64,000 bases of DNA, taken from positions 67,828,001 through 67,892,000 of the forward strand of contig CM068745.1 in assembly GCA_035084275.1 (NCBI GenBank), given 5' to 3'. This document shows positions 25,126 to 37,381 of the stretch, in pieces. The position numbers and the translations under genes were made by a program. The notes under the pieces were generated by a model. It did no database searches. It saw only the letters and a program-made list of their open reading frames with translations, and was not told the origin of the DNA. This stretch comes from Hydrolagus colliei (taxonomy: Eukaryota). The number at the start of each line of letters is the position of its first letter. The first letter of the stretch is position 1.

Positions 25126-25442
25126 CTCTCATTTGCTTTTTTTCTGTGTGTGAAGAAGGGCTAAACTATAGTGGTTGAGAAAGTTCTCTCATCAGGTACC
25201 GCATACTTTCCAACAAGTCATTAAATAGCAACAGAGTGGAGACCCTACATGAGTTTTACTTGTTTTCAAACCCAACTGACCTTAATCTCTTGGCTGACCA
25301 CCTTAGCTTACATCAGGTCCCTGGACCTCACTGCCCTGTACAAACTAACTCTATTGGTTTCCAAATATTGGAAATATTTCTGCAATTTCATTTGCTACAG
25401 CAGAACAATGGAAAAGATAATCAACCTTTAAATCAATGAATA

Positions 25443-25452
25443 TTTATTTATT
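25443..25452 (-). terminator. Probable ZRSR2 polyadenylation signal(s)
   Basis: Overlapping TTTATT hexamers (AATAAA on minus) about 1.1 kb past the ZRSR2 stop. A further candidate lies near 25781. Confidence 0.45.
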
Positions 25453-25924
25453 GTCTTATGCAAACCCATATGCACAAAGGGACTTACAAATGCCCTTACA
25501 ACTTGAATGAGATGTCTTAACTCAAACAATCAGTACATTTGTGAATATACAGTCAACATAAAACGGAGCTCATCTTGTCCTGTTCAGTTTCTTCTTTGTC
25601 AATACTGTGTTATTCATTTTTTCATTCCTGTGCCAGTAAAGCAATTAAAAATTATTTAATACATTTTCTAAATGTACCACACAACAGTTATTACCATATG
25701 CAATTTTTCTAGTCGGTGTATGTAAGAGGCACTTCAAAGTTTACATGCACTTAATTTTCTGATTCGAAGATGCAGTTTTTTTTATTGTATTGTGCAATTT
25801 AGGTTAAAAAGCTCATACTGCAGAATATATCAAGACTGAAAAGCAAAAGCAGAAAAAAAGAGAAACAGATGAACCCAGAAATCACGCTTGTGTAAAACTA
25901 AGACTGATGTGGTTGTAATTAAAA

Positions 25925-26262
25925 GCCTTGCATTTGATAGTGTCTTATCATGGCTTCGAGACGTCTTCATTTCACTTCACAAAATATAATGTAAAGTGAA
26001 TTGTTTGTATTTTCTGGGTGACACATGACAGCAAATTGCACACAGCAGTGTCCAACAAACAGTTGTGGATTGAGTGACCAATTTTTTTTAAAAAAGGGAT
26101 TATTACCCCTGCAAAGCAATCAACTAACAACCAGGTTCCTGCTAGGTAAACACAGACATGTGAGGTATGGAAACTTGCCCAATGTTTCATCCTGCCTGGG
26201 AATCAAACCCAGGTCCTCGCTTGCGAGGCGAGTGCTCTAACCACTGAGCTACAGAACTCCAC
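25925..26262 (-). mobile_element. tRNA-derived SINE in the ZRSR2 3' UTR
   Basis: Same head, core and tail, on minus. Confidence 0.85.
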
Positions 26263-26567
26263 AACTGGTAATGCTTGACCTAGCTTCCCTAGCAGGTAAC
26301 AAAGAGCATCACTTAGTGTTTTATAGGGTTCCCTGTGGACCTATTCCAATAAGCTCTGTAATGTGCACTGATATTGCATTCCAGAAATTGGACTTTTAGC
26401 AGGTTGCCAGGAGGCAAAAAGTTCACTGCGAGTGATAAAAAATTTGCCACCACCACCACCGCGTGTATTCAGAATGTCAGTACCATAACAATTTACCTTG
26501 GGTTATTTCCACCAATGCTTTATACCCCTTGATAATTCTCAAGATTTCCCCAGCGCAAAAATTACCT

Positions 26568-27478
26568 TTACTCATCAACAGTGGGCAATTGGTGAATTTT
26601 GGCTTCCTTTTCACTGCCATCTTCCTGATTGGCAGATACCTCTGTATCACTCATTGAGCTTTTTGTACTAGGAGAAGTAGAAAGGCTTGTTGAGTTAGCG
26701 TTGTCTTTTGTGACTTGCATGTCTTTGCCTTTTGAATTTGTTGGAGAATTGCTTTCTTGTCTTTTTTTGGAACCCTTAGATTTGCCTTCAGACTTGCTCT
26801 TTTTCTTCTCCTTCTTAGCTTTCTTCTTCTTGCTCTTTTTGTTTTTACTTTCTGTACCTTTACTTTTTTTGCTCCGACTAGGACTTCTGCTCCTCGAATG
26901 CACTTTATCTCTACTCCTAGATCGTGGTTTACTTCTGCTTCGGGACAGCCCGTTCCCCCGTTCCCGGCCGACTGATCTGTCCCGGCTTCTCCCCCTACTT
27001 CTTGATCTGGAATGACTTAAGCTTTGTGATCTCTCTTCACTTTTACTCTTGGACCTGTATCTGCTTCTGTCTTGACTTCTACTCCTGGACCTTTCTGATC
27101 TCCGCATTTCTCTGCTCCTACTTCTGCGATACCTGTCTCTACTTCGTGATCGCTTTCTTTCTTGACTTCTACTCCTGGACCTCTGTGACCGCCTCCTTTC
27201 CTTACTCCTGCTTCTCTTTCTTTTCCTTTCAGAGTCTCCGCTTCGTCTCTGTGCTTTGTCTGGACTATCATTATACCATCTTCTAGATCGACTGTGATAA
27301 TCGTAGCGACAGCTTGTTCTTTCTCTTCTTTCAAAATATTTATTAGAATACTGTTTTGTTCTATCAGGAGACATGTGTATGTCTCGGTCAGCCTCCCAGA
27401 ACTCGTTGCTAGGATTCTTGAACACATGAAGGAAGTTGCAGTGTTTTCCTCTGGGGCACTTGTGTCTTTCATAAAGTC
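26568..27478 (-). CDS. ZRSR2: ZRSR2 last coding exon: end of second CCCH zinc finger plus RS domain
   Basis: tttcag|GA CTT TAT GAA...; LYERHKCPRGKHCNFLHVFKNPSNEFWEADRDIHMSPDR, then an RS-rich tract and K-rich tail to TAA. Confidence 0.95.
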
Positions 27479-27665
27479 CTGAAAAGCATTACGAAAAGCA
27501 GTCAAGACACCTAAATGAGGCACTGTAGATGTCAGCCTGGCTCAGGCGCTACATCTGGACTTGGAATGCAGATTGACACTCCCAACACAGTGCTGGGGAA
27601 GCACAGACTTAAGGTGCAAGGTTATTTATAGGTATTTAATTTGTAAAGTCAAACTTATTACAAAC

Positions 27666-27775
27666 CACATATTGCTGTCTTCCAACGAGTCACAGGAGAA
27701 AATTCACACTGCAACTGTTTTCCAGCATACCAACGTCCATTAAAAGTCATACAGGCTTGCTCGCATTCTTCTTCC
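27666..27775 (-). CDS. ZRSR2: ZRSR2 exon (110 nt), end of UHM/RRM
   Basis: tgcag|G GAA GAA GAA TGC...ATA TGT G|gtttgt; [36 protein letters not shown]. Confidence 0.96.
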
Positions 27776-28599
27776 CTGCAAAGAGTTTGCCCGCAGTAAA
27801 TCAAACTAAAAATTGATAATAAATAGCGGGAGAAAGATACCCAAAACATTTTCTGATATTACTATACATGAAGAGTTAATTGTATAGTAACTAAGGTCAA
27901 CAACATAGTTGCTGTGTGGGCACTGTTGTTAGTTATTTTGACTTGTGCAGAGATTACGAGGCACAATTATCTCATTAGGCATGCAGAATCCAGAGTTTGT
28001 GTGATACCTGTAAGCATTACTGTTTGTATAAAATATTTGTTTATTGTCAGTCAGACTGCCCAATGTCATGGGGGGGCCTTGAGCCAGAAAGTCTGCGAAC
28101 TCCTGGTATAGATTAGAAGTGGCTGTCACACTGGCACATCATGTTGGGAACATGCTGTACCTAGGTTTGGCACAATCAAAAGGTTGTGATGCATGATTTT
28201 CCACGATGCATTAAATTCTACTGTGCTGTGGGAGAGCAGTAAATGAAGGAAATATTACACAGGACACATTCATCCAGTATTATACCATCAATCATTCAAT
28301 AATAGAGTGCTTTGCTTAGGTCACTTAGTGTTATGCTGCACTGCGGTAGGGAAAATTATATAAGTACACACAATTAAACAGTAATTAATTATTTTGAAAA
28401 TTTGGTCTTTCAATCTACGGCTGTTTGTTCGGCTGTGCGCAATTGGCTGCCACATTTTGCCCAGAAACATATCCAGTCAATTCAATTTACAGTATATTGT
28501 GTGGAGCGCTTGAGAACATCTCAAAAAGATGAGCTATAGCCAATGCAAGGATTATACAGTACTATTTTTAACTCAAATTGAAAAATTACAAATACTTAC

Positions 28600-28655
28600 T
28601 TTTTGTACTGGACATACACATTCCCTCTTAGATGAGGCTCATAATTACAACTGAC
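28600..28655 (-). CDS. ZRSR2: ZRSR2 exon (56 nt)
   Basis: ttctag|GTC AGT TGT...TAC AAA AA|gtaagt; VSCNYEPHLRGNVYVQYK. Confidence 0.96.
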
Positions 28656-28947
28656 CTAGAAAGGGAGCAAATGTAAATAAAATAAAGTAGAAAGAATCCT
28701 TCACAAGGTGCAGTGAAAACAGACTATATTTCTAGCACAGATATTGACCGTTGCCATTGTTCTTGATCTTAAAGAGCGTACAATAATAACTAAGCTTTAT
28801 AAAATAGCTTTTTCCTCCAGTGTACAGGATTTTTATTGAAACCTTTACAAAATATGCATGCGGAGGCGGGTGAAAGCATTGGAAGCTCATCCGTGCTAAC
28901 CATAATTTTAAATGACAAATTTATAAGGTAGAAATGTACAAAAATAC

Positions 28948-29161
28948 CTTGAACTGCAAAACTTTCCCAACACTCTTAAATTCAGGCAATACATCTTCAT
29001 AGAATTCCACAAATTGCTGGTAAATATCATCTTCACTGTATTCCAGGCCAGCATCTGTATCATAATCATCTCGCCTACATTCCTCCATCCCAAAGGTAAT
29101 AAACATGGCTCGGATAAGCAATGTCTGACTTGATGATGGATAAACGTGCTTGCGAGAACAC
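28948..29161 (-). CDS. ZRSR2: ZRSR2 exon (214 nt)
   Basis: tttag|G TGT TCT CGC AAG CAC...TTC AAG|gtattt; CSRKHVYPSSSQTLLIRAMFITFGMEECRRDDYDTDAGLEYSEDDIYQQFVEFYEDVLPEFKSVGKVLQFK. Confidence 0.97.
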
Positions 29162-31201
29162 CTAAACACAATTAAAAAAAAACATTTTGATTATATAAAA
29201 CCAGCTTTAATACAGTTACAAAGGTATTTTCCAGGCTTTAAATCTGAACTGTTTCACTTCCAAATAACTGCCAACCCCACATGTTAGCACACATGTTGCT
29301 ATGGATAATTTTGCTTAAATTTTGAAAATGCACAGATTTGTTCAGTTCTAATGGTATGTGATAAACATTCCCAATCTAGCAAATGGCAACACACTAACCT
29401 TTCAATAAACTGTCATTTTATAAGGTTTTTGTTTTTCATCCCCACCTTGTAAATACTTACCATAAACTAGAACTTCAGCATGAAAACGATAAATCATTGA
29501 CAAATTTAACTAAGATTTGAAACAACTAATATTTACATATTGCATCTAGTAAGGGTCTTAAACCACTTCAACTGACTTGCAGCTCAAGCTGGGGAGGGGG
29601 GGCAATGAGGCAGAGGAAGTAGACAAGAGGGCAGAGGTAGCTGAAAGTACAGTCAAAGAGAGTTTAAGCGCGGCAGAGCCAATAGCACCTAGTGTGACGG
29701 TGTTATAATAGATGCTTTGCAATATACTGCACTTAGAAAACATTAGCTTTATAAAAAGTAAGAAATATGATTATTAAGACAATCATGTAGGTAGTTGTGC
29801 GTGCACGCACACAATTAACAGTCAGGTTCCCCCAAATTGCTAACTGATGAGAACATTTCAGTAATTAGCTTTAATTCAGTTTAAACTGGCCTTGAAGAAT
29901 CGTGGATGAAAAGAAAGCAGGAGAGCACATTGAGACTGGTATGAGCTGCTGAGATAAGGTATGGACAACATCTGCACACACCCAATTAACCATTGTATGG
30001 GAGAGCCATCTCAAGGAAGGTCTAGGAAAAGAAGGGAGACGAGTACAGGAAAATTAGGAAAGACCATGAGGGAAGGAGAAGAATGGGCAGTACCATGAAT
30101 CAGTTATGTGGAGACCATTAGAAGAGGTTAGCCAATTAAAGGATGAGATAAGAAAAGGTACAATGAGGGAAAGTCTAGCTTTAGAGTAAGCAGGGCTAGT
30201 GGAGAAGCATAAAGATAGGAGGGAAAGAGTGGCTCATCACAACAGTTGGGGAGTGTCTTAAAGTGGAAACCGAGATCTCCAGCCTGCCACTGTTGTCCAG
30301 AACTACTGGAATGGGTAGCATGGTTCCAGTTGTTGTGTTTTACAGGCAGGGAAGGACCAGTTATAGAAGCAAGCGCTGGTAGTATTGTTCTGTTCATGTT
30401 TGTAATGTCTTATAGTGTATTTGCACAAGTAGCAATAAAATAATCTTCAGTCAATACGGTATCATCAATTATTTCAGAACCTAAAGAGTTAAGATCAGTG
30501 CACAGGTCTTTTCTCTAACAATGGGGGTGATGGACCTGCCCAATCTGGACACAGACTGCGGAGATCTGGGTGGCCTGTAGTTCCTGTAGGAAGCAGCTGG
30601 GGAGTCTGGCAAGGAAAGTGTTGAATTAATGAGGTATTGAAGGTTTCTCCCTGATTTTAACCCACCCCACCTACCTTTCCCTCCCTCTCCCCCCTTACCC
30701 CCTTTTCTCCCCTCTTTTCCTGACTTTACCCCACCCCACCTTTCCCTTCCTTTACCCTCTTTTCCACCTTTCTCCCCTAACCCCACTTCCACGGCTGTTT
30801 GTGGGACACTGCTGTGCGCAATTGGCTGCCGCATTTTGCCCACAAATATGCTGTCAATTCTCCTACTGTCTTTACCCCTACTCCGATCCCTCCCACCCCA
30901 CTCTGGTCCTAGTCTGATTGTTTAGCGCCTTGGGACGTCCTCCCGAAGTGAAAGGCGCCATGTAAATATAATTTTGTTGTTGTAGATAAAGCACTCAGCA
31001 TCCTGAGGTAATGGTGAGGTAAAAGCAGAGGTAGTGAGATTGGATATCATAGATAGCATAGCTGTGGGTTGGAAAAGTCACTGAGGTTCTGTACTGATTG
31101 TGAGGAACATTGATTGGACTCTGGCATACCTAAACTCAAATACACATTCAAGACATTTTCTGAAATCAATTGAGTGCCCTCAAATAAAAACGTTTACAGA
31201 C

Positions 31202-31317
31202 CTGTCACCAAATCTGCAGGACCCAGTCTTGAGAAAGAACGGGCAGTAAGACTTATCCTTTTCAGTTCCATAATCTTCGGGTGCTTCGGGATTATGCCAC
31301 GTGCCATCGTTTTCAAT
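31202..31317 (-). CDS. ZRSR2: ZRSR2 exon (116 nt), first CCCH zinc finger
   Basis: atcag|ATT GAA AAC...GGT GAC AG|gtctgt; IENDGTWHNPEAPEDYGTEKDKSYCPFFLKTGSCRFGDR. Confidence 0.96.
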
Positions 31318-31540
31318 CTGATCAACAAAACAACAAATCATAAGACCAACTCAATTGGGATTTGTAAAGAGGGTTCTAGAGCACCCTCTTTCCTGGGGGA
31401 AAATAACATGCCTCAGCAAGAAAGCACATACAGCTGGCAGCTGTGAGTAATGGATTTACATCCCCCGATTTGATGCTCAAACATGCCTTATTTATTGATT
31501 AGTGTTTAGAGCAATAAATTATTATTCTCCTGGCTGAGTA

Positions 31541-31747
31541 CAGTAAAAGCCCATTTATCCGTGACCCGATCAACCGTAACTTCCATATAACCAGCACCTC
31601 AAAAAACAAGGTCTGGATTCGATCAACCAGTATTTATCCGGAAAAATGCTTTTGTTTGTTTTGTGTGTGTTTTCGGCCGAATATCCCACACGCGCTTTAA
31701 CCGGCATTGGCCAGGTCCCGAGGTGCCAGATATACAGGCTTTTACTG
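31541..31747. mobile_element. Tigger-like MITE family B
   Basis: TA|CAGTAAAAGCCCATTTATCCG ... AGGCTTTTACTG|TA. Confidence 0.88.
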
Positions 31748-32556
31748 TATAATGGGAATGATGGTATTCTCCGACATTTACCAACTTGTTTCGACACCAG
31801 GTTTTTTCAGTGCTGAAAAAGGCTGCTTCTGCCATTGTAATTGTTTGAATCCCTTAATGAGATACCGAATAAGCCATCTTATGCTCGCGGATTGAATCTG
31901 ACTAAAGGTCTATCCCTGCCTGGCCACTGAAGGCCAGCAAGTACTTTGAGGCAAGGTGTGAGATAGGAGGGTGGGGCCGCAGGAATCTACACACGTGGCC
32001 AGCCTAATTTTTTTTTAAAAAATTCCGTTATGGGTCTTTTCCAGCTATAATAATATTATTAAACTAGTACATCAGGAGATTACTGTATTTGTAGGCAAAT
32101 GTAGCAGCCAATGGGTATAGTAATGGGGTGTCCTCTTGGCATGGAAGGCACTATATACAAAGTTAATTTGTTGTTGTTGTGAGGTCCCAAAACAAAGCGA
32201 ATAATCCAATCCATGTGGAAGATTGGCCAGAACACAAGGTGAAACTTTCTTTTTTTTAAAAAAAACTCAGTTTAACATCCCACCCAAAAAGATTACATCT
32301 CAACAATGGAGTGTATTGGAGTCAGTCCAAATTATGAGCTCAAAGTCCTGATTTACAGCTTGAAACCACACCCTTCTAGATGACTCAAGATCGCAACGTT
32401 CACTGTATCTATAGTGAGTAAACACCACTGAGGGGACCCCATTAGATATGTTTAAAGTTGTGCCAATTATTTTTGAAGATTGTTGATTTTATAAAACTTT
32501 CTAGATCAGTGAGCTGTGCTCTACAGTTATACAGTGAATATAAGGACATACAATAC

Positions 32557-32595
32557 CTGATTCTCAGCCTGATCCAGCATTTTCTGAACAGCTTC
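32557..32595 (-). CDS. ZRSR2: ZRSR2 exon (39 nt)
   Basis: tgtag|GAA GCT GTT CAG AAA ATG CTG GAT CAG GCT GAG AAT CAG|gtattg; EAVQKMLDQAENQ. Confidence 0.94.
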
Positions 32596-33381
32596 CTACA
32601 AATGGTGTAAACACAGGACTGGTGAAAACCCCGCAGTGATCTAGTACATATCTGATTCTACTTGTTAAGAATAGAACGATTTTTGAGACGACTTAAATCT
32701 TTTATAACAACCAGGTTTTTAAAAGTTATTTTTAAGCATTTGAATTCACAAACTAAATCACACAGGTGAGCTTCAATCTACTATTCAGTTCATCATCTAA
32801 AATATCAATTTCAAAATACAAAACCATACATTCCAAATCATTATATCCTGATATGAATCAAGCATTGTTGAAAAGCCAAAAAAGTGTTTGCTAATTTGAG
32901 CCTACTGATTGGTTCAAGTACTGTGTTTGGAGGTAAAAGAAACATTTCTCCTTCCCAAATCATTTTCCCCCGCAAGCATGTTCTCCTTTTAGTTCACCAG
33001 GAACTCCACACAATAGAAACAGTTACTTTATAATGGCCAAACTAAGAAAGTTATGCTGATTCATAAAATAGCTATCAGTAATTAGAAAGTGGACAGATGT
33101 TCAACATTAGCCCACAAATTTAAAAGTATTTTTAGATTGTTTTGGTTAAATACAAAACCCTTAGTAGATTTTTAAAAACTGAAACACTGTACCATGCACT
33201 TTTTGCTGATGTGTCATATTTACAAAACTGATCGTACAGCCAAATGATTTGGGGGTATAAGCACTTGAATCGATTTACATGCCAAATGCTACCAGATCAT
33301 AACACTCCAATAGTTTGGACTGAACCCATAATGAACAATCCCAAGTAATTTAATGTCAAATTTATTTTTATTATAATACAG

Positions 33382-33675
33382 TAATAATCTTGCATTTAAT
33401 ATAGCGCTTTTCATGTCTTCTAGATGTCTCAAAGTGCTTCACAGAATGTTCTGTAAAGTGTATATTTGTGTTCAGCAGCCAATTGCGCACAGCAATTTCC
33501 CCACAAACAGTCATGGATTGAAATGACCAATTTTATTATTGTGTTTTATTTTGGAGGGATTATTATTAGGAGTAAATAAATTTGCCCATAGTTTTGCCAT
33601 CGACCTGTCTGGATTCGAACACAGGTCTTGTGCTTGTAAGGCGAGTGTTCTAACCACTGAGCTACAGGACTCCAC
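33382..33675 (-). mobile_element. tRNA-derived SINE, same family
   Basis: ggattcgaacacagg...aaccactgagctacaggactccac head, core and tail on minus. Confidence 0.85.
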
Positions 33676-34489
33676 ATATTGACCAAATGAACTTCATTCC
33701 ATATGCCCCAGATTATTGGAAAAAGTATCCACATATTTCAAAATCCTATCATAGAATATTTTTACACTTTTCAAGAAAGAAACAAAAAAGCTGAACAAAC
33801 TGAAAATATTTTGATAATTCTAATCAAGTTGCTAAATACAGTACTATGAAAAAGATACATCTTCATGAATTTGACCAGTAAGGAAAAGCTGTGGAAAACT
33901 CTTCAGTACAGAACTGTTAAGGAATATCAGTTGTATAGTTCTAGATATTTTTCACATCATAATATGCAAAACAATGCTGTTGTTACGATGTATACCTTCT
34001 AAACACAAGGATCAGTTACTATGCAATTTCTGGGCTTGATAGCATTCATAGCTTGCAGCTTTGAAGACAATGAGTGTTTGAACTATATTCAACAATTCAC
34101 TAAATCAATAAACCAGTCCCAACGGATCGGACAAACTGGATCTGTCACTAGTTAGGAGTTAAGAGTTGTGGAAGTTGAAGTGTTACTACATTAATGATGT
34201 AATATGTTTTTCTTCCCATTTATTAGACTAATAATATCAATTAGAATCAAGCAATCCAAATAGGTTTATGTGTTCTACTATGCTTTCTGCTGATAACTAT
34301 TCAGCTGCAAAAATAATCAGCAACCTCAGTGATGTATCTTTAACAATTCAATTCTAGTACATTTTACTCCCTTCACCCACATTCTCCAATTAACTGCACC
34401 ATTCAAATTTGTAAAATATATTTGTAACATTAACATGCTTTCATAAGAGGATATATGTTGTGTATTTATCCTCCTAGAGCTGGAATCAC

Positions 34490-34576
34490 CTCTCGTTCTC
34501 TCCGCTCCTGAAGTTTGTTTTCTACTTCTTCTTTCTCTTTCATCTGTTGTTGCTCCCATTCTTCTTTGATCCTTTT
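34490..34576 (-). CDS. ZRSR2: ZRSR2 exon (87 nt), coiled-coil region
   Basis: ttgcag|AAA AGG ATC...CGA GAG|gtgatt; KRIKEEWEQQQMKEKEEVENKLQERRERE. Confidence 0.93.
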
Positions 34577-35159
34577 CTGCAAACACAAAAATCGACAGAT
34601 GCTATAAAATAGTGGCTTCCGCTGTACAAATATATCCTGAGCAACAACAACAACTGAACAAGCACCTCTCACAGTACAAGCTTACATCAAATGTCAACAT
34701 AAATCTTGTTCAAGATTAATCCTTTTAGGTGTCAGTTTTCCGACCAAAAATTGGGAAAATGTTAAAATTAAACTGCATTGTGAAATACGACTCCTGTAGT
34801 TTACAACCATAGTTTTAAGACTGATTAGATGGTATATATCTAGGCAATATATCAGTCACAAGGCACAGTAGTATAAAGGGAACATGAACAGAATGGAATC
34901 AGTCATGATTCAATAAGTTTTTCCATTCATTTTAAAAACAAATGCCTTTATTGTAGAACTTATTAGGTCCAAATGATTCAAAACCCTACCACCCATACCA
35001 GGCTCCAGACCCTGATCATCCCAGTTCTTGGGCTCCACAGTCTGCTTGTTGCAGAACGAATCAATTTCAAGATCCTTGCTCTCACTTTCAAATCTCTTGG
35101 CTTCATGGCACCTTGCTACCTTGCTGATTTGCTCACAACCCACACCTGTGTCCACCATT

Positions 35160-35501
35160 GTGGAGCTCCTGTGGCTCAGTGGTTAGAGCACTTGTCTTGA
35201 GAGCTGGGGAAACCAAGCTGGGGAGACCTGTGTTCCAATCCAGGCAGGTCAGGGCGAAACCTTGGGCAAGTTTCCTTACTCCACACGCCTAATAATAATC
35301 CCTCCAACAAAACACAATAATAAAATTGGTCATTTCAATCCACGACTGTGTGGGACACTGCTGTGCGCAATTGGCTGCTGCGATTCGCCCACAAATATAT
35401 ACAGTCAATTCACTTTACAGAATATTCTGTGAAGCGCTTTGGGACGCTGATAAAATGTCGGAAAGCGCTACATCAAATGCAAGGATTATTATTATTATTA
35501 T
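35160..35501 (+). mobile_element. tRNA-derived SINE, near full length
   Basis: Head GTGGAGCTCCTGTGGCTCAGTGGTTAGAGCA (A box) and GTTCCAATCC (B box); core GGGACACTGCTGTGCGCAATTGGCTGC; tail CAAATGCAAGG(ATT)n. Confidence 0.88.
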
Positions 35502-35691
35502 TTTTGCGCAGTTGTCGAGTTGTAGAGCTTGTGAGAAATGGGACTTTTGAATCATTTGGTCAATGCCAAATACCAGTAGTGTCAAAAGAGGCAATTTAGA
35601 TCCAAATTACGCTTTTTCCTCCTCCCCTTTCGAATCACCAGAAAGGTTTTCTCAGAGTCAATGATAACTGGTCTGGGAATAATAATTACGG

Positions 35692-36084
35692 TACAATTGA
35701 TATAGTGCCTTATCAGATCGTCGAGACATCTCAAAGCACTTCACAGAATATACCGTAAAGTTGATTATATATTTTGTGGGTAGAACGATGCAGCCAATTG
35801 TACATAGCAGTGTCCCACAAACATTTCTGGATTGGGTGACCAATTTCTTATTATAATTTTTTTTTAATTTGGGGGGTGGGGGGGTGATTATTACCCCCAG
35901 AAAAGCCATCTGCCAATTGACTAACAACTGGATTCCTACTTGCTGCTCAGTAAATAGGGGCATGTAGAGTAAAATGTAACAGTTATTTAGGGAAACTTGC
36001 CCACATTTTGTTATGTCCAGGAATCGAACCCAGGTCTCTCGCTTATAACGTGAGTATTCTAACCACTGAGCTAAAGGACTCCAT
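35692..36084 (-). mobile_element. tRNA-derived SINE, same family
   Basis: gaatcgaacccagg...aaccactgagctaaaggactcca head on minus, plus core. Confidence 0.85.
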
Positions 36085-36698
36085 GTACTGTTTCGTTGAA
36101 CATAGGAGTAAGCCATTCAGCTCTTCAAGCCTGTTCCACCATTCAATTATATCATGGCTGATCTTCAACATGCCAAATTAGTATTAATTTCTTTGAACAG
36201 GCACAGAATATACATCGCTTGCATTCCTCATCTTGAGCTATATTATATTCATGAAAGAGGATTACTGACATCACCCACAAATATACAGTCAATTTACTTA
36301 CAGTATATTCTGTGAAGCGCTTTGAGACGTCTAGAAGACGTGAAAAGTGCTATATCAAATGCAAAGATTATTATCTCTTTAGTTTAGAGAAGCCTAGAAT
36401 AAAGAATCTGGGGATAATTAAAGAATTCAAACATATCTTGAAAACCTAGCATTGGCACCAAAAATACAGAATGGGATGCAGATTGCAATATTCCTTGGTA
36501 AAGAATCTCATCACCATCAATCAGTAGGAACTCCAGTCTGAAAGTATTACACACCAAAGGGGTATTTCTGTGGGTGTTATATTTTCCCAGAGGGAGTTCC
36601 CTTGTGTCCAATTTATTTTCATTATTAAAGAATCAGTTAAATTAGACAGTCAGTGCATAAAGCAAATCAATGGATAAAATTGAATTTATTTTAATGTT

Positions 36699-37000
36699 AA
36701 TAATCCTTGCATTTGATGTAGCGCTTCTCACGTCTTCAAGACTTCTCAATGCCTTTCACAGAGTATACTGTACTGTGAAGTGAATTAACTGTATATTTGT
36801 GGGCAAAATGCAGCAGCAGCGCACAGCAGTGTCCCACAAACAGTCATGGAATGAACAAGTTATTATATTATTTTCTTGAGGGATTATTATCAGGCATGTG
36901 GAGTAAGGAAACTTGCCCAAGGTTTCACACTGCCTGGAACTGAACCCAGGTCTCTTGCTTGTAGGGTAAGTGCTCTAACCACTGAGCTACAGGACTCCAC
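36699..37000 (-). mobile_element. tRNA-derived SINE, same family
   Basis: Reverse complement of the head (ctaaccactgagctacaggactccac), core and (ATT) tail. Confidence 0.88.
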
Positions 37001-37272
37001 AATTTTATTTATTTAAAATTAATTATAGCATGTCTGTAAATCAGCAATAAGACAGTGTCCTTTCTCTTCCTCATACACTCCATAAGCCTCAATCCCATAT
37101 TTCTTTCAGAGCGCACAAGGAAGGCAATCTTATTCTTTCCCCAAAATGAATACAACAAGAACAACAAAATTACACTTTTATAGAGCCTTTCATGTCAGGA
37201 GGACGTTCCAAGGTGCTAGAAACAACAATGAAGGGATACTTGTTATAAATGAAGCAACAAGATTTTGCTTAC

Positions 37273-37381
37273 CTCTTCCTCCTCTTGTTTTTTTCGTGCC
37301 ACTTCTTCCTTCTCCTTTTTCAGACGGAATTCTTCCTGAGCCTGCATCTCTTTTTCCAGCCATTCTGTATGTAAACGCTGC
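37273..37381 (-). CDS. ZRSR2: ZRSR2 exon (109 nt)
   Basis: tatag|G CAG CGT TTA CAT...GAA GAG|gtaagc; QRLHTEWLEKEMQAQEEFRLKKEKEEVARKKQEEEE. Confidence 0.94.

Noticed and set aside
26629-27523. Overlapping antisense and alternative-frame ORFs over the ZRSR2 last exon
   Set aside because: By-products of low-complexity RS/K codon usage.
35160-35250. tRNA-like sequences (also ~26200, 33610, 36020, 36930, 62750, 63600)
   Set aside because: These are SINE heads continuing into SINE bodies, with degenerate stems; they are not tRNA genes.
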